Part shown: positions 12,146 through 25,370 of the stretch, piece by piece
Position numbering within the stretch: the stretch's first letter is position 1
Layout: each line of letters starts with the position of its first letter
Origin: Octopus bimaculoides
Lineage: Eukaryota
Length of the DNA stretch: 64,000 bases
NCBI RefSeq assembly: GCF_001194135.2
Contig: NC_069000.1
Coordinates: forward strand, 28,891,297-28,955,296
Direction: 5' to 3'
The notes under the pieces: model-generated
Told to the model about the DNA's origin: nothing
Seen by the model: the letters and a program-made list of their open reading frames with translations, nothing else
The model's database searches: none
Translations under genes and position numbers: made by a program

Positions 12146-15100
12146 CAGCAACACTTTTGTCAGTTCTTTGATCCTTTTTTTCTGTTCTCTATACAAAATG
12201 AGTCTTCCCAACTTACCCACATACTCTGGAGATGTCACGTGTTGGTTCGCTCAATTGGATGCATATTTTTCCACCTATGTGGTGCCCCAACAACAGCAGC
12301 TAAATCTTTCGTACTGTGGGATGCCTGCACCCCTTGCATGCTCAGTGAAAGATCTCATCACTGACCCACATCCGGACGCAATTCATCGACGATTCTACGT
12401 CTTTGTTTACGCCTACTCAGGTTACCAATAATGCTGTTCTCAGCCCGTCATTTTTTTGTCACCATTGCCGTAGACCAGTTCCACTCCCTTTTGGCTTCTT
12501 TCCCAGAGCTGGTAGATCCTACATTCAAATCAGTCAAAGTCACACACTCGACTTACCATTATATCACTACTTCTGGACCACCCGTCTTTTCGTGTCCATG
12601 GCAACTTACTCCTGATCGGCTCAAAAAGGCTCGATCTGAGTTTGAGCATATGCTTCAACTCGACTTTATTCACCCCTCCACCAGCCCTTGGGCATCTCCT
12701 CTACATTTGGCATGGAAAGGAGATTCAGATTTTTGCCCGGTGGGGGATTGCAGACGTTTGAATGCAGTCACTGTTCCCAATTGCTATCCTATAAGGAATC
12801 TCCAAGATTTTTCTTCAAACTTGCATGGTTATACTATTTTTTCCAACGTTGACCTCATCCGGGCTTATCATCAAATTCTGATGAACCCTGACGACATTCC
12901 AAAAACTGCCATTACCACTCCTTTTGGAAGTTTTGAGTTCCTGTTTATGAGTTTTGGTTTGCGGAATGCAATGAGCACATTCCAGAGGTTTATTGATGAA
13001 ACTGTCCATGGACTTAACTCTGTGTTCGCTTACGTCGATGATTTGCTCATGACTAACGACAGGCATGAAAATCACCCCCAACACTTATCTCAACTTTTTC
13101 AGCGTCTTCGCACTTAAAATGTGTTTTCAGACAGACCTCTCTGGAATTCCTAGGTCATTATATCGACTCTAATGGTATCTGACTTCTCTCCTCCAACGTC
13201 GATGCAATTCAACGCATCTCACCTCCCACTTCTCTATGCGAACTGCATTATTTCTTGGGAATTATCAACTTTTACAGGAGGTTCATACATAAATGTGCAG
13301 ACAAGTTACTTCCCTTGGCTCAACTACTGAAAGCAAATACAAAAAAAAATTCTCCTATCACTCTATCTGCCGAGGCATTATCTTCTTTTGAGTCAATCAA
13401 GAAGGAAATAGCTTCTGTTCCTTTGCTTGCACATCTGGTTCCTGATGCTCATCTCTCTTTAACAGCTGATGCATCAAATTCTGTGGTTGGTGCTGTTTTG
13501 CAACCTACCGTCGATAATCAAACTTGACCTTTGGCATTTTTTTCTCATTAATTACAGCCAGTTGAACGTCATTACAGTACATTTGCTCGTGAACTCTTAG
13601 CGATCTACCTGTCGGTTCATTTTCAACATCAACTCGAGGGCCGAAATTTTGTGATTTATACTGATCACAGACCTCTTACATTTGCTCTGTCATCTAAATT
13701 GGACAAACACTTGCTGCATGCTTTTTGCCACCTGGACTACATTTCCCAGTTCACGAGTGACATTCAGCATATACCTGGAACAGAGAACATGCCTGCTGAC
13801 ACACTCTCTTGTCTCCCTGTGTGTTCTCTTTCATCTCCTGCTGCAATCGATTTAACTGCCATTGTGCAAGATCAGCCAGCTCTGGACACATTGGATCTAA
13901 CTTCCACCAAGCTGTCCTGTTGCAAGTTTGCCTACCTTCCACTTCCGTCTGCTGAAGACACAATCCTTTGTGACATAGCTACTGGTTCTCCCAGACCGTT
14001 TGTACCTGCGAACCACCAGCATTCTGTTTTTGATGCCTTGCATTCACTGTCAGATCCTGGCATCGCTGCCTCAGTGAAGCTTATTATGGCTTGGTTTTTC
14101 TGGCCTAATATGCACTGCATGATCACTGATTGTGTGAAATGCCAGTGTTCTTAAATCCACAGGCACGTTTGCGCTCCTCTTGGATAGTTTTCTCTGCTGG
14201 AGACTTGCTTTCACCATATCCACATTGATCTGGTTGGACCATGGCCTGTTAGTCACGGTTTCTCTTATATAGAGACATGCATTGATCGTTTCTCTCGTTG
14301 GCCTGAAGCCATTCCAATAGTGGACATTTCCACTGAGTCACTTGCTCGAGGTTTCATCTCTAACTGGATTGCTTGCTTTGGTGTCCCAGCTAAAATAACC
14401 ACTGATCGTGGACGCCAGTTTGAAACCTCCATATTTCATGAATTATCACGAATCTTAGGTGTTCACCTCATTCATATAACCAGCTACCACCCAGCCTCCA
14501 ATGGGATGGTTGAACGTTTTCACAGGCAACTGAAGTCCGCTCTACGTGTCACTCCTGATCCGCAGCCTTGGACAGAATTTCTGCCTATCGTTGTTCTTGG
14601 TTGTCACACTGCTGTTAAAACAGACTTGGGTTTCTCCTCTGCTGAACTCCTTTACGGTACCATCCTGGCACTCCCTGGTACAATGTTGGTGGCTATCAAT
14701 TCATCGCATCCTGATCCAATGTCGTATGTCACCAGACTTCGCTCGTATTTCTCAAGTCTTCCACCCATGCATACGTGTGACCAGTCTATTCCCTCTCACA
14801 TCCCACCAGACATTAACAAATGGACTCATTTTTTTTTGTTTGGGATGATTCTGTCTGGGGACTGCTTGTTTCTCCTTATAAAGGATCATTTCGTGTGCTA
14901 TCGCACTCACCTAAAACTTTTAGTTTCAACATCAATGGTCAGGCAGAGACCATGTCAGTCAACTTAAAAGGGCACATTTTGAGGTGTCCACACCCTTCGA
15001 TGACACTCCAGCCACGGCCACCTTTGATCCTTTACAACCACCTACACACCCACCTACACATGCACCTTTGACCACACCATCACCTACACCTACACCTTCA

Positions 15101-15179
15101 TCACCACAACCTAACACAAACGAAACCTATGTCACCAGGACAGGCTGCACTGTGCATTGGCCCCCAAAAACTCACCAGA
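12146..15179 (+). mobile_element. Gypsy/Ty3 retrotransposon internal region (partial gag, RT, RNase H, integrase), no LTRs seen
   Basis: gag-like MSLPNLPTYSGDVTCWFAQLDAYF; RT SPWASPLHL...DLIRAYHQI...TAITTPFG.FEF..M.FGLRNA.STFQR...FAYVDDLL; RNase H TADASN..VGAVLQ; integrase HIDLVGP...IDRFSRWPEAIP...FGVPAKITTDRGRQFE...NGMVERFHRQLK. Multiple stops and frameshifts. Confidence 0.95.
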
Positions 15180-15357
15180 ACTATTTACATTTAACCTTTT
15201 TTTTTCCTGTAACAGACAATTGTTTTCTTGTGTGCTGAACAATTCCAATGCCTTGCCATTGAACATTGTCAAAAATTTTGTGCATGCCCCTTTTATATTG
15301 CTTTTATTTATTTTTCTCGACTTATCATATTTTGTATCACACATTTTGTACCACACA

Positions 15358-15421
15358 TTTTGTACCACATCTAATAACTGGGACAAACTTTTTGTACCAC
15401 ATCTAATAACTGGGACAAACT
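15358..15421. repeat. Tandem duplication of ~32 bp (TTTGTACCACATCTAATAACTGGGACAAACT x2)
   Basis: Two near-identical adjacent copies read directly. Confidence 0.85.
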
Positions 15422-15694
15422 TTGAAAATGCATAAAAAGACCAGAGTGTTTGAGGGACCCTGACATAACATGTAACCGTCTGATTTTAATTAAAACTATA
15501 TGAGAACTTTACATCCAAAACTTTCATATAATATCATTTTCCATGGAAAAAAATTAATTTTGACATGAAAATAATGAAGCAAAAATGTGTTTTCTCATGT
15601 TCAAACTGTGCTTGTCTCCATTGGACAACGTTCTATAGTGATAGTAATCTACATATATAAAACATATATATATATAAATACATATTTATATATC

Positions 15695-15739
<45 letters not shown>

Positions 15740-15789
15740 ACATGTCTCTTAAAGGATAGAGCTCAAAATCAATGCATTGAAGATATTAT

Positions 15790-15824
<35 letters not shown>

Positions 15825-16584
15825 ATATATATATATATNNNNNNNNNNNNNNNNNNNNNNNNNNNNNNNNNNNNNNNNNNNNNNNNNNNNNNNNNNNNNN
15901 NNNNNNNNNNNNNNNNNNNNNNNNNNNNNNNNNNNNNNNNNNNNNNNNNNNNNNNNNNNNNNNNNNNNNNNNNNNNNNNNNNNNNNNNNNNNNNNNNNNN
16001 NNNNNNNNNNNNNNNNNNNNNNNNNNNNNNNNNNNNNNNNNNNNNNNNNNNNNNNNNNNNNNNNNNNNNNNNNNNNNNNNNNNNNNNNNNNNNNNNNNNN
16101 NNNNNNNNNNNNNNNNNNNNNNNNNNNNNNNNNNNNNNNNNNNNNNNNNNNNNNNNNNNNNNNNNNNNNNNNNNNNNNNNNNNNNNNNNNNNNNNNNNNN
16201 NNNNNNNNNNNNNNNNNNNNNNNNNNNNNNNNNNNNNNNNNNNNNNNNNNNNNNNNNNNNNNNNNNNNNNNNNNNNNNNNNNNNNNNNNNNNNNNNNNNN
16301 NNNNNNNNNNNNNNNNNNNNNNNNNNNNNNNNNNNNNNNNNNNNNNNNNNNNNNNNNNNNNNNNNNNNNNNNNNNNNNNNNNNNNNNNNNNNNNNNNNNN
16401 NNNNNNNNNNNNNNNNNNNNNNNNNNNNNNNNNNNNNNNNNNNNNNNNNNNNNNNNNNNNNNNNNNNNNNNNNNNNNNNNNNNNNNNNNNNNNNNNNNNN
16501 NNNNNNNNNNNNNNNNNNNNNNNNNNNNNNNNNNNNNNNNNNNNNNNNNNNNNNNNNNNNNNNNNNNNNNNATATATGTATATA

Positions 16585-17933
16585 TTAGGTCGTCAAGTAT
16601 GAAATTTGTAGAAAAGAAAAAAGTTTGCCAATGTTTTATAAATACAAAGAATAGTTTTATTCACCAAAGTATGTACCCATATTGTCAATACACTTTTGTC
16701 ATTTCAGTGGTAGCTTGTCCAGCCCTGAACTGTAAAAGCCTGGCAATCTAGAGTGAATAAAATCTTGGAAGGCATGTTTTACAGCATCATCGGAATTAAA
16801 TGTTTTTCCTATCAACAAGTTATCTAAATTCTGGAAGAAGTGGTAGTCAGTGGGGGCAAGATCAGGCGAGTGTGGTGGATGATGGAGAACTTCCAACTCA
16901 AACTCTTGTAGTTTCGCCAATGTCATTTTTGCCATATGTGGTCTGGCATTGTCTTGCAATAAAATAGGAGTGGATCTGTTGACTAATCCATATATATCCA
17001 TCCATATATATATATATATATATAAACACACGTACTTTTGCCAAAGTCATTTTTGCCATGTGTGGTCTGGCATTGTCTTGCAATAAAATAGGAGTGGATC
17101 TATTGACTAATCTAGGCTGTTTTTTTTTTTTTTAGTTTCTGCATCATTTGGTCCAGTTGGCTGCATTATACTTTGGCCATGATTGATGAGCCGGGTTTAA
17201 TGAAATTATAATGTATCACAACAGCGCTACACCACCAAATACATCGGCTTCTTTTGATGAATTTTGCTTTTTGGACTGTATTTTGGTGGCTCGTCTTTGT
17301 CCAGCCATTGTCCTGAATGTTTACAGTTGTTGTATTGGATCCATTTCTCATCACATGTTACAATTAAATTCAAAAATGATTCATTTTTGTGACGAGAAAG
17401 TAGCATAATGCAGGCTTCCAAACGTTGCTGTTTCTAATTTTCATTGAGTTCATGTGGAACCCACTGATCCAACTTTTTCACTTTATCGATAATTTGCGGG
17501 CACTTTGAGATGGATCTGACTCGACAGTGGCTTTCAGTTTGTCATTATCCACCTTTGTTTCTAGTTAACCGTGTTGTTCATTTATGCGGTCAAAGTTACC
17601 AGAACAAAATTTTGCAAACAAATTTGATACTGTGTAATAACATTGGAATGAAATACTCCATTAATATTCCGAGCTGTCTGTGATGCTGTATTTCCAAGAA
17701 AGAACTCATATTTCAAAACTGTATGAATTTCCGACTCATTCACCTCTAAACAAAAATAGCAAAAAACGATTTATAAATACTTTATAAAGCACAAAATGAG
17801 TTAAAATAAAGAAATAGATGTGTCAGCTTTCTAACAAAAAAGGAAGGTTGTCAAAATATAATAATGGCGCAAAATGAGCAGCTGTCAAAGTTTCCCATAT
17901 ACCTTACTACAAATTTCATACTCAATGATATAA
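16585..17933 (-). mobile_element. Full-length decayed mariner transposon
   Basis: TIRs share AGTATGAAATTTGTAG. Translation includes IVTCDEKWIQY, LLQDNARPH and HPPHSPDLAPTDYHFF. Confidence 0.92.
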
Positions 17934-17959
17934 TTATATATGGATATATATATAAATTA

Positions 17960-18245
17960 TAGCCATAGGCTGGCCAAAGCCTTGTGAGTGGATTTTGTAC
18001 ACAGAAAATGAAAGAAGACTGTCATATATATGTGTATGTTTCTGTGTGTGTCTGTGTTTTTACCCCCACCTTTACTTGATAAACGATGTTGCTGTGTTTA
18101 CATTCCCATAATTTAGCGGTTCAGCAAAGGACATTGATAGAATAAGTACTAGGCTTACAAAGAATAAATCCTAGGGTCAGTTTGTTCAACTAAAAGCGAC
18201 GCTCCAGCATGGCCACACTCATGACTGAAACAAGAAAACAATAAA
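17960..18245 (+). mobile_element. SINE family A (5'-truncated)
   Basis: CCAAAGCCTTGTGAGTGGATTT...GATAGAATAAGTACTAGGCTTACAAAGAATAA...CCAGCATGGCC...TGACTGAAACAAG. Confidence 0.85.
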
Positions 18246-18699
18246 AAACTATTCCATTTTAATCCCGAGCAGTGCTGGGTATCTCTGCCAGTATAGTATA
18301 ATCATAAACATACCTGCAAAAGTTGGATTAATCAATGCTGGAATGCCTTTGGTCATAGGTCTATTTGGTCACTGCTGACCATGGGTAAGCAACAATAATT
18401 TACATCAATCAATTATCTGAATTGCCTCATGGTATTCATTCTGACGTCTTACATCCTAAGTTCAAATCCTATCGAAGACAACTTCATCTTTCATTCTTCT
18501 TGGGTTAATAAATAAAGTACCAGTCAAATGAAATCATTAAAGTACTAGAAGTAATATGTGTTCTGGCATTTTGTGTTCTTAGTTCAAATCCTGCCACAAC
18601 TTTTTTGGGTAACTGATCTAATTCACTGTCTGATTTAATACCACTGTCTGATCCTTTGGTGTCTGTTACTGGAATCCACTCTATTGCAAACATTCAAGC

Positions 18700-19000
18700 T
18701 AAGTCTCCAATTTGAGGATATCTTTCTCCATCTTTCCCACCAGTCTTAGAGGTTCTGTAAACTATTATGCATACTTTTCTTCCTTCCTAAGTGAGGAAAA
18801 ATCCTTTCTCAATCTCTTATACTGACTGACCCCTGCAGACACTTCCTCACTTTTAGCCTCAATTTCTGTTCAGGCACCAAGTCTATCTATACTATAAGGA
18901 CTGTCATCTCTCAAAATACCAACACCAAACCACCACAGGGCTCCTTCACTACCAAGCCTTTCTTTGGTCTGGGTCCTCAACTCCTGATGGAGTCAGATCA
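18700..19000 (-). mobile_element. Possible decayed L1/Tx1-like LINE fragment
   Basis: Broken protein-like minus reading (QELRTQTK..LVV, LWWF, KRLRK); resemblance is weak. Confidence 0.25.
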
Positions 19001-20512
19001 GCACTGCCACATGATGATATATCTTGGGTATTGTTAGACTTGACAGATTGTTAGATTTGACCTATCAGGAAAGACAGTCAGAAAAAAGGAGAGGGAGAAA
19101 AGAAGAAGTAACTCCAGAACTGGATAGCTGCTTTATTTCATCAGCCCCCAAAAGACAAAAAGTGAATGGAATTTGAACTCAGAACTGAGATATATACTGC
19201 AAAGCAATCTATCCAATGCTTTGACAATTCTACCTATATATCTTCTAGTCATTCAGATGAGTTGACTGATTAAACTGAAGCCAATTCTACACTGACTTCT
19301 CATGATACAATTGGTTTTTCCCTTTCAAACAATTCAAAACAGCTATTAATGTTGCAAGGATAGCATTATATTAAATATTATTTCACAAATTGTTTTAATC
19401 TCCTCACTGCATTTCAGAGTTGCCCCCCTTGTATTTAAAATTGAAAAATTTTTAAATTTTTAAATTTTTCATTCTATTTGAACAAATTTGATAAACATTA
19501 CACCATAAAATTAAGTTTCCCTCTCTTTATTGCAATAGTAATCATAATTAAATGGAATATTTTGTTGATTACATTAACAGCACTCAGTTATTGTATTTTA
19601 TGCAGATGGCATCCCTAGGCCGTTTTCCTCATTCATTATCTTAAATATTTGTTTCTCCATATATCTCACTCTACCAAATTTCTAATTTAGCAAGACCCAC
19701 GCAGCTTGAAAGTGTCTGGGCTGCAGCTGTTCAAACAAATCATACATCCTCTGACACCTGAAGGAAGTTACCCACAGCCACCAACTAGGAGGTGTTTGTC
19801 TTCAGATGATTTATGCAAGATGACCATCAGAAGAATAAAGGATATTTTTCTGTAACATTTAGTCAGTAGGATCCATTTCTCCATAACTACAGACATGCAT
19901 TCTGGTTTCTTGTCAAATGAAATTATCCCAACAAACTTAGCTGGTTCTGCCTAATCATCACTTCTCTCAACAGTATTTCTACAAGGAACCTTTACATAGT
20001 CATTTGACCTGAAAGAAATCTCATCACAACACTTCTTCAAATCACACTTTACTATCTTTAAAAAAATGGAAGGACTATTTTAGATTATGTCATCCCAGAT
20101 ATACTATGCCTGAATAAAAAATAGATGATAGGATGCATGTGACTGAAATTTTTTTATGACAGTTTTGCCTTGAAATGACTTGGGTTTAAACATCATCATC
20201 AGCAACAACAGTTATACAGTTATTCTCTTGCAGAGAAAACTTTTACATTAGCTTGCATTTTTTGCTTGCTTCTAACTCTACTTGGCACATTCAAAACCCC
20301 ATCTTTTGAAAATTCCTTCTCTAGCTCTCTAATTCCAAAAGACACACTTTGTTGTAGTGTATCTGAACAATATATGCAATAAGCCCATGATTATTGTTAT
20401 TATTGAGTGAGAGAGCAGCACACATCATCAAAGTGATGTTGGGGTTCAAATATAGATACCTCCCCACAAATTCTAGGCCTTGTGGCTATAGCAGAAAGGA
20501 TCATTATTATTA

Positions 20513-20725
20513 AGGTAGAAAGTTGTCAGAATTATTAGCACATCAGACAAAATGCTAAGCAGCATTTTTTCCACCTCTTTACATTGAGTTCAAATACCAC
20601 TGAGGTCAACTTTGCTTTTCCTCCTTTTGCAGTTACTGAGATAAAGTATCAGTCAAGTACCAGAATCGATGTAATTGACTACCATCACCACCCACATATT
20701 GTGCCAAAATTAGAAACAAATGTTA
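20513..20725 (+). mobile_element. SINE family B
   Basis: TTGAGTTCAAATACCACTGAGGTCAACTTTGCTTTTCCTCC core. Confidence 0.75.
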
Positions 20726-20834
20726 TGATTATTATTATTCTTTATATTGATAGGATCAAATATCAATACTTGGTGACTATCCTGAAAGGCCTGTCTTTAA
20801 AGGCTAGATTGTTGCAATGTACAGTGACATTTAC

Positions 20835-22720
20835 TCCTTGGTCAGACTAAATGGCCACCTGTCAGAATTGCTCAACATCATGCAATCTGTCTGTCTAGTG
20901 TACTCCTCTTCCCTTCTGTACATACTGACCTTTGTACCACAACAATGAGGGGCATTCCATGAGAATCAGAATGTGGAAGACCCATGTTTGTATATGCGGA
21001 TAATATCACTGTAATAGTGTTAGACATCAAACACATCAAAGTGATCAACACAATACTCTAAGGGAACACGAGGTGGTGACAGGAGCAAAAATTAACCAGA
21101 AGTCATTGAATCTGCAGCTCAGCTCCTAGAGAGGCAAGTCCATCCTGTCTAATAGCATCAATGGGCACTGGATAGACCAGTTAAATTGCTCAGAGTGTGG
21201 TTTGATCCAAGCCTCCAGATAGATAAAAAAACTGGGAAGAGATGATGAACAGGTTGGTTAGTGTTACTCAGAAATGGGATGAGAATAAATTATTATTGAA
21301 GAGTCAGGCAGACATGGCGAATACCTCCATTGCCTCTGTCATCTGCTATTACCTTACCATTGTGCCTGGCTAACAAGAATGGAGTGCATACTCTTCTTTC
21401 TGTGCAGGGGACATGTCTCACCCACTGGTCAGCCAATCCCTTTGCTTTTGGTATCGAGGAATGGGCATGCTGTGGCGGAAGACATGCAGACATGCACTGA
21501 AGCTATGACATCACCAGCATTTCCTTGATGGTGAGCAGGTGTGGTCACCATTTGTTAGATGTGCTTTTCTGTTACTCTTTCAAAGAGCTGCTGTCCTGGA
21601 TCAAACATAGACCAAGGCAGGGTGTCTGGCACCTTGAGTGCCATCAGGCACTTACAGCCCTCTACCAGCTAGGTAATGCAATTGATGGATATTCCACTAT
21701 GGCATTCTATAGAGGCTTAGTTGGTGGTGGTGGTGGTGGGGGGGAAGAGTGATAATATTCTCAGAGAAACTCTGGGTATTGATGAAAAATCAACTGGCTA
21801 GTCTTTTCCAGAGGATTTTTAGGCCAGGATTCAGGGATAATTTCCAGAAATTCCTGGCCTGGCAGTGCTACCATAGTGGCATTATTGGTTCAGAGTAAAC
21901 TCTACAGTTATAGTAGTGCCATCAGCCATACATGTCTGAGATCTGTGCAGAGCAACAAAACCATCCTGTATGAGCTTGTAGCAATGATTTGAAACCTGAT
22001 TGCTGGATACATGGTCAGACACCACAACCAAATCACAATAGTTTCATGTGATCGGTCTATTAAGCAGCCAATCAGCATGAAACTATTGCATGATTTAGTC
22101 TTCTAGAATTTTCTTTCTTGTATTCTATAAAACAGCTGCTTTTGGTGCCTAAACTCTTTGTAGAGTGTTGAGAGTGGCCAACTCATTCACACATCTCCCC
22201 TCTTGCCATGCAGAATACTGAAACATTTGAGAGATATGTGTCTTCATTCTTGCCACACCAGACAGCCCAGCCAGATGATGCAGGAAGAGAGCCAAAACAG
22301 ATGGCTTAGATGACCAGAAACCTCTGTTGCCACAAAAATAGCTCAATTGTTTTCAGATATGTTGGGCCAGCCACCTGTTGCTCTCTGTAAACTCAGAGCA
22401 GTATCTATCTTCCAGTAGTTATTGCTGTCAACTATAAAGGCCAATGCAGTTTGTCTTTCTGTGCGATTAAAATTTATTCTGTTAAATGTTCTTGGATGTT
22501 GTTACTTTTTCATGCAGCCAAGAAATATATTTTCATTCATTAACTCAACCAGTTACCTTAGCAGCAACTGCAAAATATCATGATAACTCAAGACATCTGG
22601 TGACACAGCCAGCCAACACCTCAACAAGCTCATACAGTGCTTGTTCATTGCTGACTTGTGGAATTATATCAAACAGCTACTATCACATGTTAAACGGATC
22701 TGGCTAAATAGATCACAAAA
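20835..22720 (+). mobile_element. Decayed Tx1/L1-like non-LTR retrotransposon (RT C-half to zf-RVT)
   Basis: LVRLNGHLSE; FVYADNITV (YADD-like); TGAKINQKS; WFDPSLQ...NWEE; NFQKFLAWQCY; LIQCLFIADLWNYIKQLLSHV. Confidence 0.8.
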
Positions 22721-24213
22721 TAATAAAAAAAACAGCAACATAGACAAATAGGACTCAGTGAACATATTGATATATGTGCAGATAGGACACAACCAAATTT
22801 TAGAATTTCCCCTGACATCAATTTAGCAATTACACAACACAACAACACATCAACAAAAATAAACTTTCATATCCAAACATTGACCTCATCTAAATATATG
22901 TGGAAAAGGAAGGGAGGCAACTATTGCCAACCCTACTGCAACTTTTATTGAAGCCACCACTACTACAACTGCTACTAGTTAGAATAACACAATCACAATA
23001 ACTATTGCTACTAGTTAGACTAACAAAATCACAACTAGCAGTGTTACTGTTGCTACCACTAATAGCTACTCCTGTGTGGCTGCTACAATTAACAACCACT
23101 CCTGCTACTGCTGCTACTACTTTGGCACAGCAACAATTAGAAGGAAATGAAATTTTAGCGCTATGTGATTTTTATAAGTTGTGAATATTCAGAACTGATA
23201 TCATAAAGGATTAATTTAATTTAATTCATTTCAGTTTATTTTCCTTTTATATCTCAGAATGACTAAATTGTCTTTTTAAGTGACTGAAACCAGTAGCATA
23301 TTTTGATAAAATGTAAATGATTTCTTTCTTTTATTCAGGAAAAAGTTCTCAAAGCTTTTTTCTTCTTTTGGTTTTTAATGTGTGTTGTGTATGTGTGTGT
23401 GTATTTATTTTAATTTATATGTCTTGGATTGTTTTTGATTCAGTTGGTTTATATATTATATCAGTGTAAACCTAGTTTACAGAGCACTCTAGTGGCTTCC
23501 TGCATTAAGATACATTCCAGATGTATTTTGACAAATAATTATATAAATAGCTCTGAGTTCTTGTTGACACACTCTGAATGGATATTCTATACTTAAATAT
23601 GGGAAATTTGAATTCTGAGAAGTTTAACTGAATTTTGACACTTCAAAACATATGGCTTTGTTGTCATGAATGTATATAATCTAGGTAAATTTGAATTTCT
23701 TTAATATGTTTCTGTATAGTTACAGTTTTGGTTGTGTCTTTATAAATACAGTTAATAGAAACAAAATTTATGCTTTAGTATAATATATGTTTATTTTACT
23801 ATATATACTTTATTGTATTCAAGGAAGGTTATTATATAAATAATAAATGCACCACTGGTACTATTTCACTTCTTTCATTATTATTAGTCAATTAGTTGAC
23901 TATTTAACCAATTGATTATTTGATTAAACATTCAGTCAGTCTGCTTTTGATCTGTTTGCCTTCTAGTTTACAGGTTTATATGGATTTGAGTCAGAAGATT
24001 TCACCAAGCTTTGCTTTGGCATGGTTTCTACAGCTGGATGCCCTTCCTAGTTCCAACCACTTTACAGAGTGTACTGGGTGCTTTGTATACAGTAGCAGTA
24101 GCAGTAAGGCTATCAAGTAACTTACAAGACAAGACCCCTCAACTGGGGGAAGTAGTACTGGGGGACAGAAAAGGGTGACTTGTATTGGAAGTGAAACATG
24201 ACTACCTCAAGCG

Positions 24214-24214
<1 letters not shown>

Positions 24215-24250
<36 letters not shown>

Positions 24251-24340
24251 CGACAGACAGACAGAGACAGACAGACAGACAGACAGACAGAGACAGACAG
24301 ACATAGCCAGAGACAGACAGAGAGAGAGAGTGAGAGAGAC

Positions 24341-24373
<33 letters not shown>

Positions 24374-24470
24374 GACAGACAGACAGAGCCAGAGACAGAC
24401 AGAGAGAGAGAATGAGAGAGACAGAGACAGACAGACAGACACACAATCAGACAGACAGAGTGAGAGAGAG
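24215..24470. repeat. (AGAC)n/(AG)n simple repeat
   Basis: Read directly from the sequence. Confidence 0.95.
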
Positions 24471-24779
24471 AGAAGATTGTGAAGATGTGACAAAGAGGGG
24501 GCATGGACCATACACCCAATTTATAAGAAGGTGTATACAGTGAAGTGAACTGAGGAATGGAGCAGGTAAGAGGGTGGATGGGTGAGTTCACAAGATTGTG
24601 AAAGGAGAATGGGGAGAGTGTAATGAGTGAGCACAGGTGGAGGGAAGTGGTTATTAGGAGGCTATGCTGTGGAGTAACACTGAAACCAATATATGTATAC
24701 CAACTAATGGGTTGATAAGTTTTTCCCTTCTGGTGGTGGGTGGTAGATGCAGTCTAACATGTTTGCCATAGTATCTGAT

Positions 24780-25062
24780 TTGAAGACATGTGGATCAGTG
24801 TTTACAGTATTCAACTTACAATTGTAAGGTCGTGAGTTCAATTCCCAATGGTGCATTGTGTCGTTGAGTAGGATACTTTATTTCACATTGCCTCTGTCCA
24901 CTTGGCTGGCAAAAATGATTGTAGCTCTATTTCAAAGAGCCAGCCTCACCACATTCTGCATCAAGCTGAATCTCCCAGGGGATTACACTAAGGGTTTGCA
25001 TGTTTGTGGAGCGCTCAGCAACTTGCACATTAATTTCACAAGCAGGTTGTTTTGTTGATCAG
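24780..25062 (+). mobile_element. tRNA-derived SINE family C
   Basis: GTCGTGAGTTCAATTCCC B-box, GAGTAGGATACTTTATTTCAC, GCTGAATCTCCC...TGTGGAGCGCTCAGC; same family as 60955-61280. Confidence 0.7.
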
Positions 25063-25370
25063 AATATTCGATTTACATCATGTTTATTGACCAACTCACC
25101 TTTCACAGAATCTACATCATACACATATGAATGTACATGAACACACACACACACAAACACATGCAAGTTTACTCAAAGAATCCACACTATGCCACACAAG
25201 TGTGCATCTGCACACAAGTGTGCATCTGCACATAAAACAAATTAGCATGTGCACACATGCATGCATGTGTACATACATATGCACATGTGCACTTACACCC
25301 ACACACCCACTTGTACATACACCCTCTCACGTCCTCTCTCACACACATTCTCACTCAAATCCCATATCAC

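Larger units (their letters stand above)
11250..15450 (-). mobile_element. Decayed piggyBac transposon, interrupted by a Gypsy insertion
   Basis: Minus-strand fragments resemble piggyBac motifs. INKSNIK (15300s) resembles GI.K...I..YW; KPVLQSAEKMF (~12040) resembles K.RP.L; SVVLRIWNMKGEVYKQNAIQ*SY (~11500) resembles P.....YN..KGGVD..D.....Y. Ends are not resolved. Confidence 0.55.

Noticed and set aside
22530-22720. Apparent minus-strand exon (EQALYELVEVLAGC...)
   Set aside because: The plus strand reads as a Tx1/L1 zf-RVT remnant (LIQC...ADLWNYIKQLLSHV).
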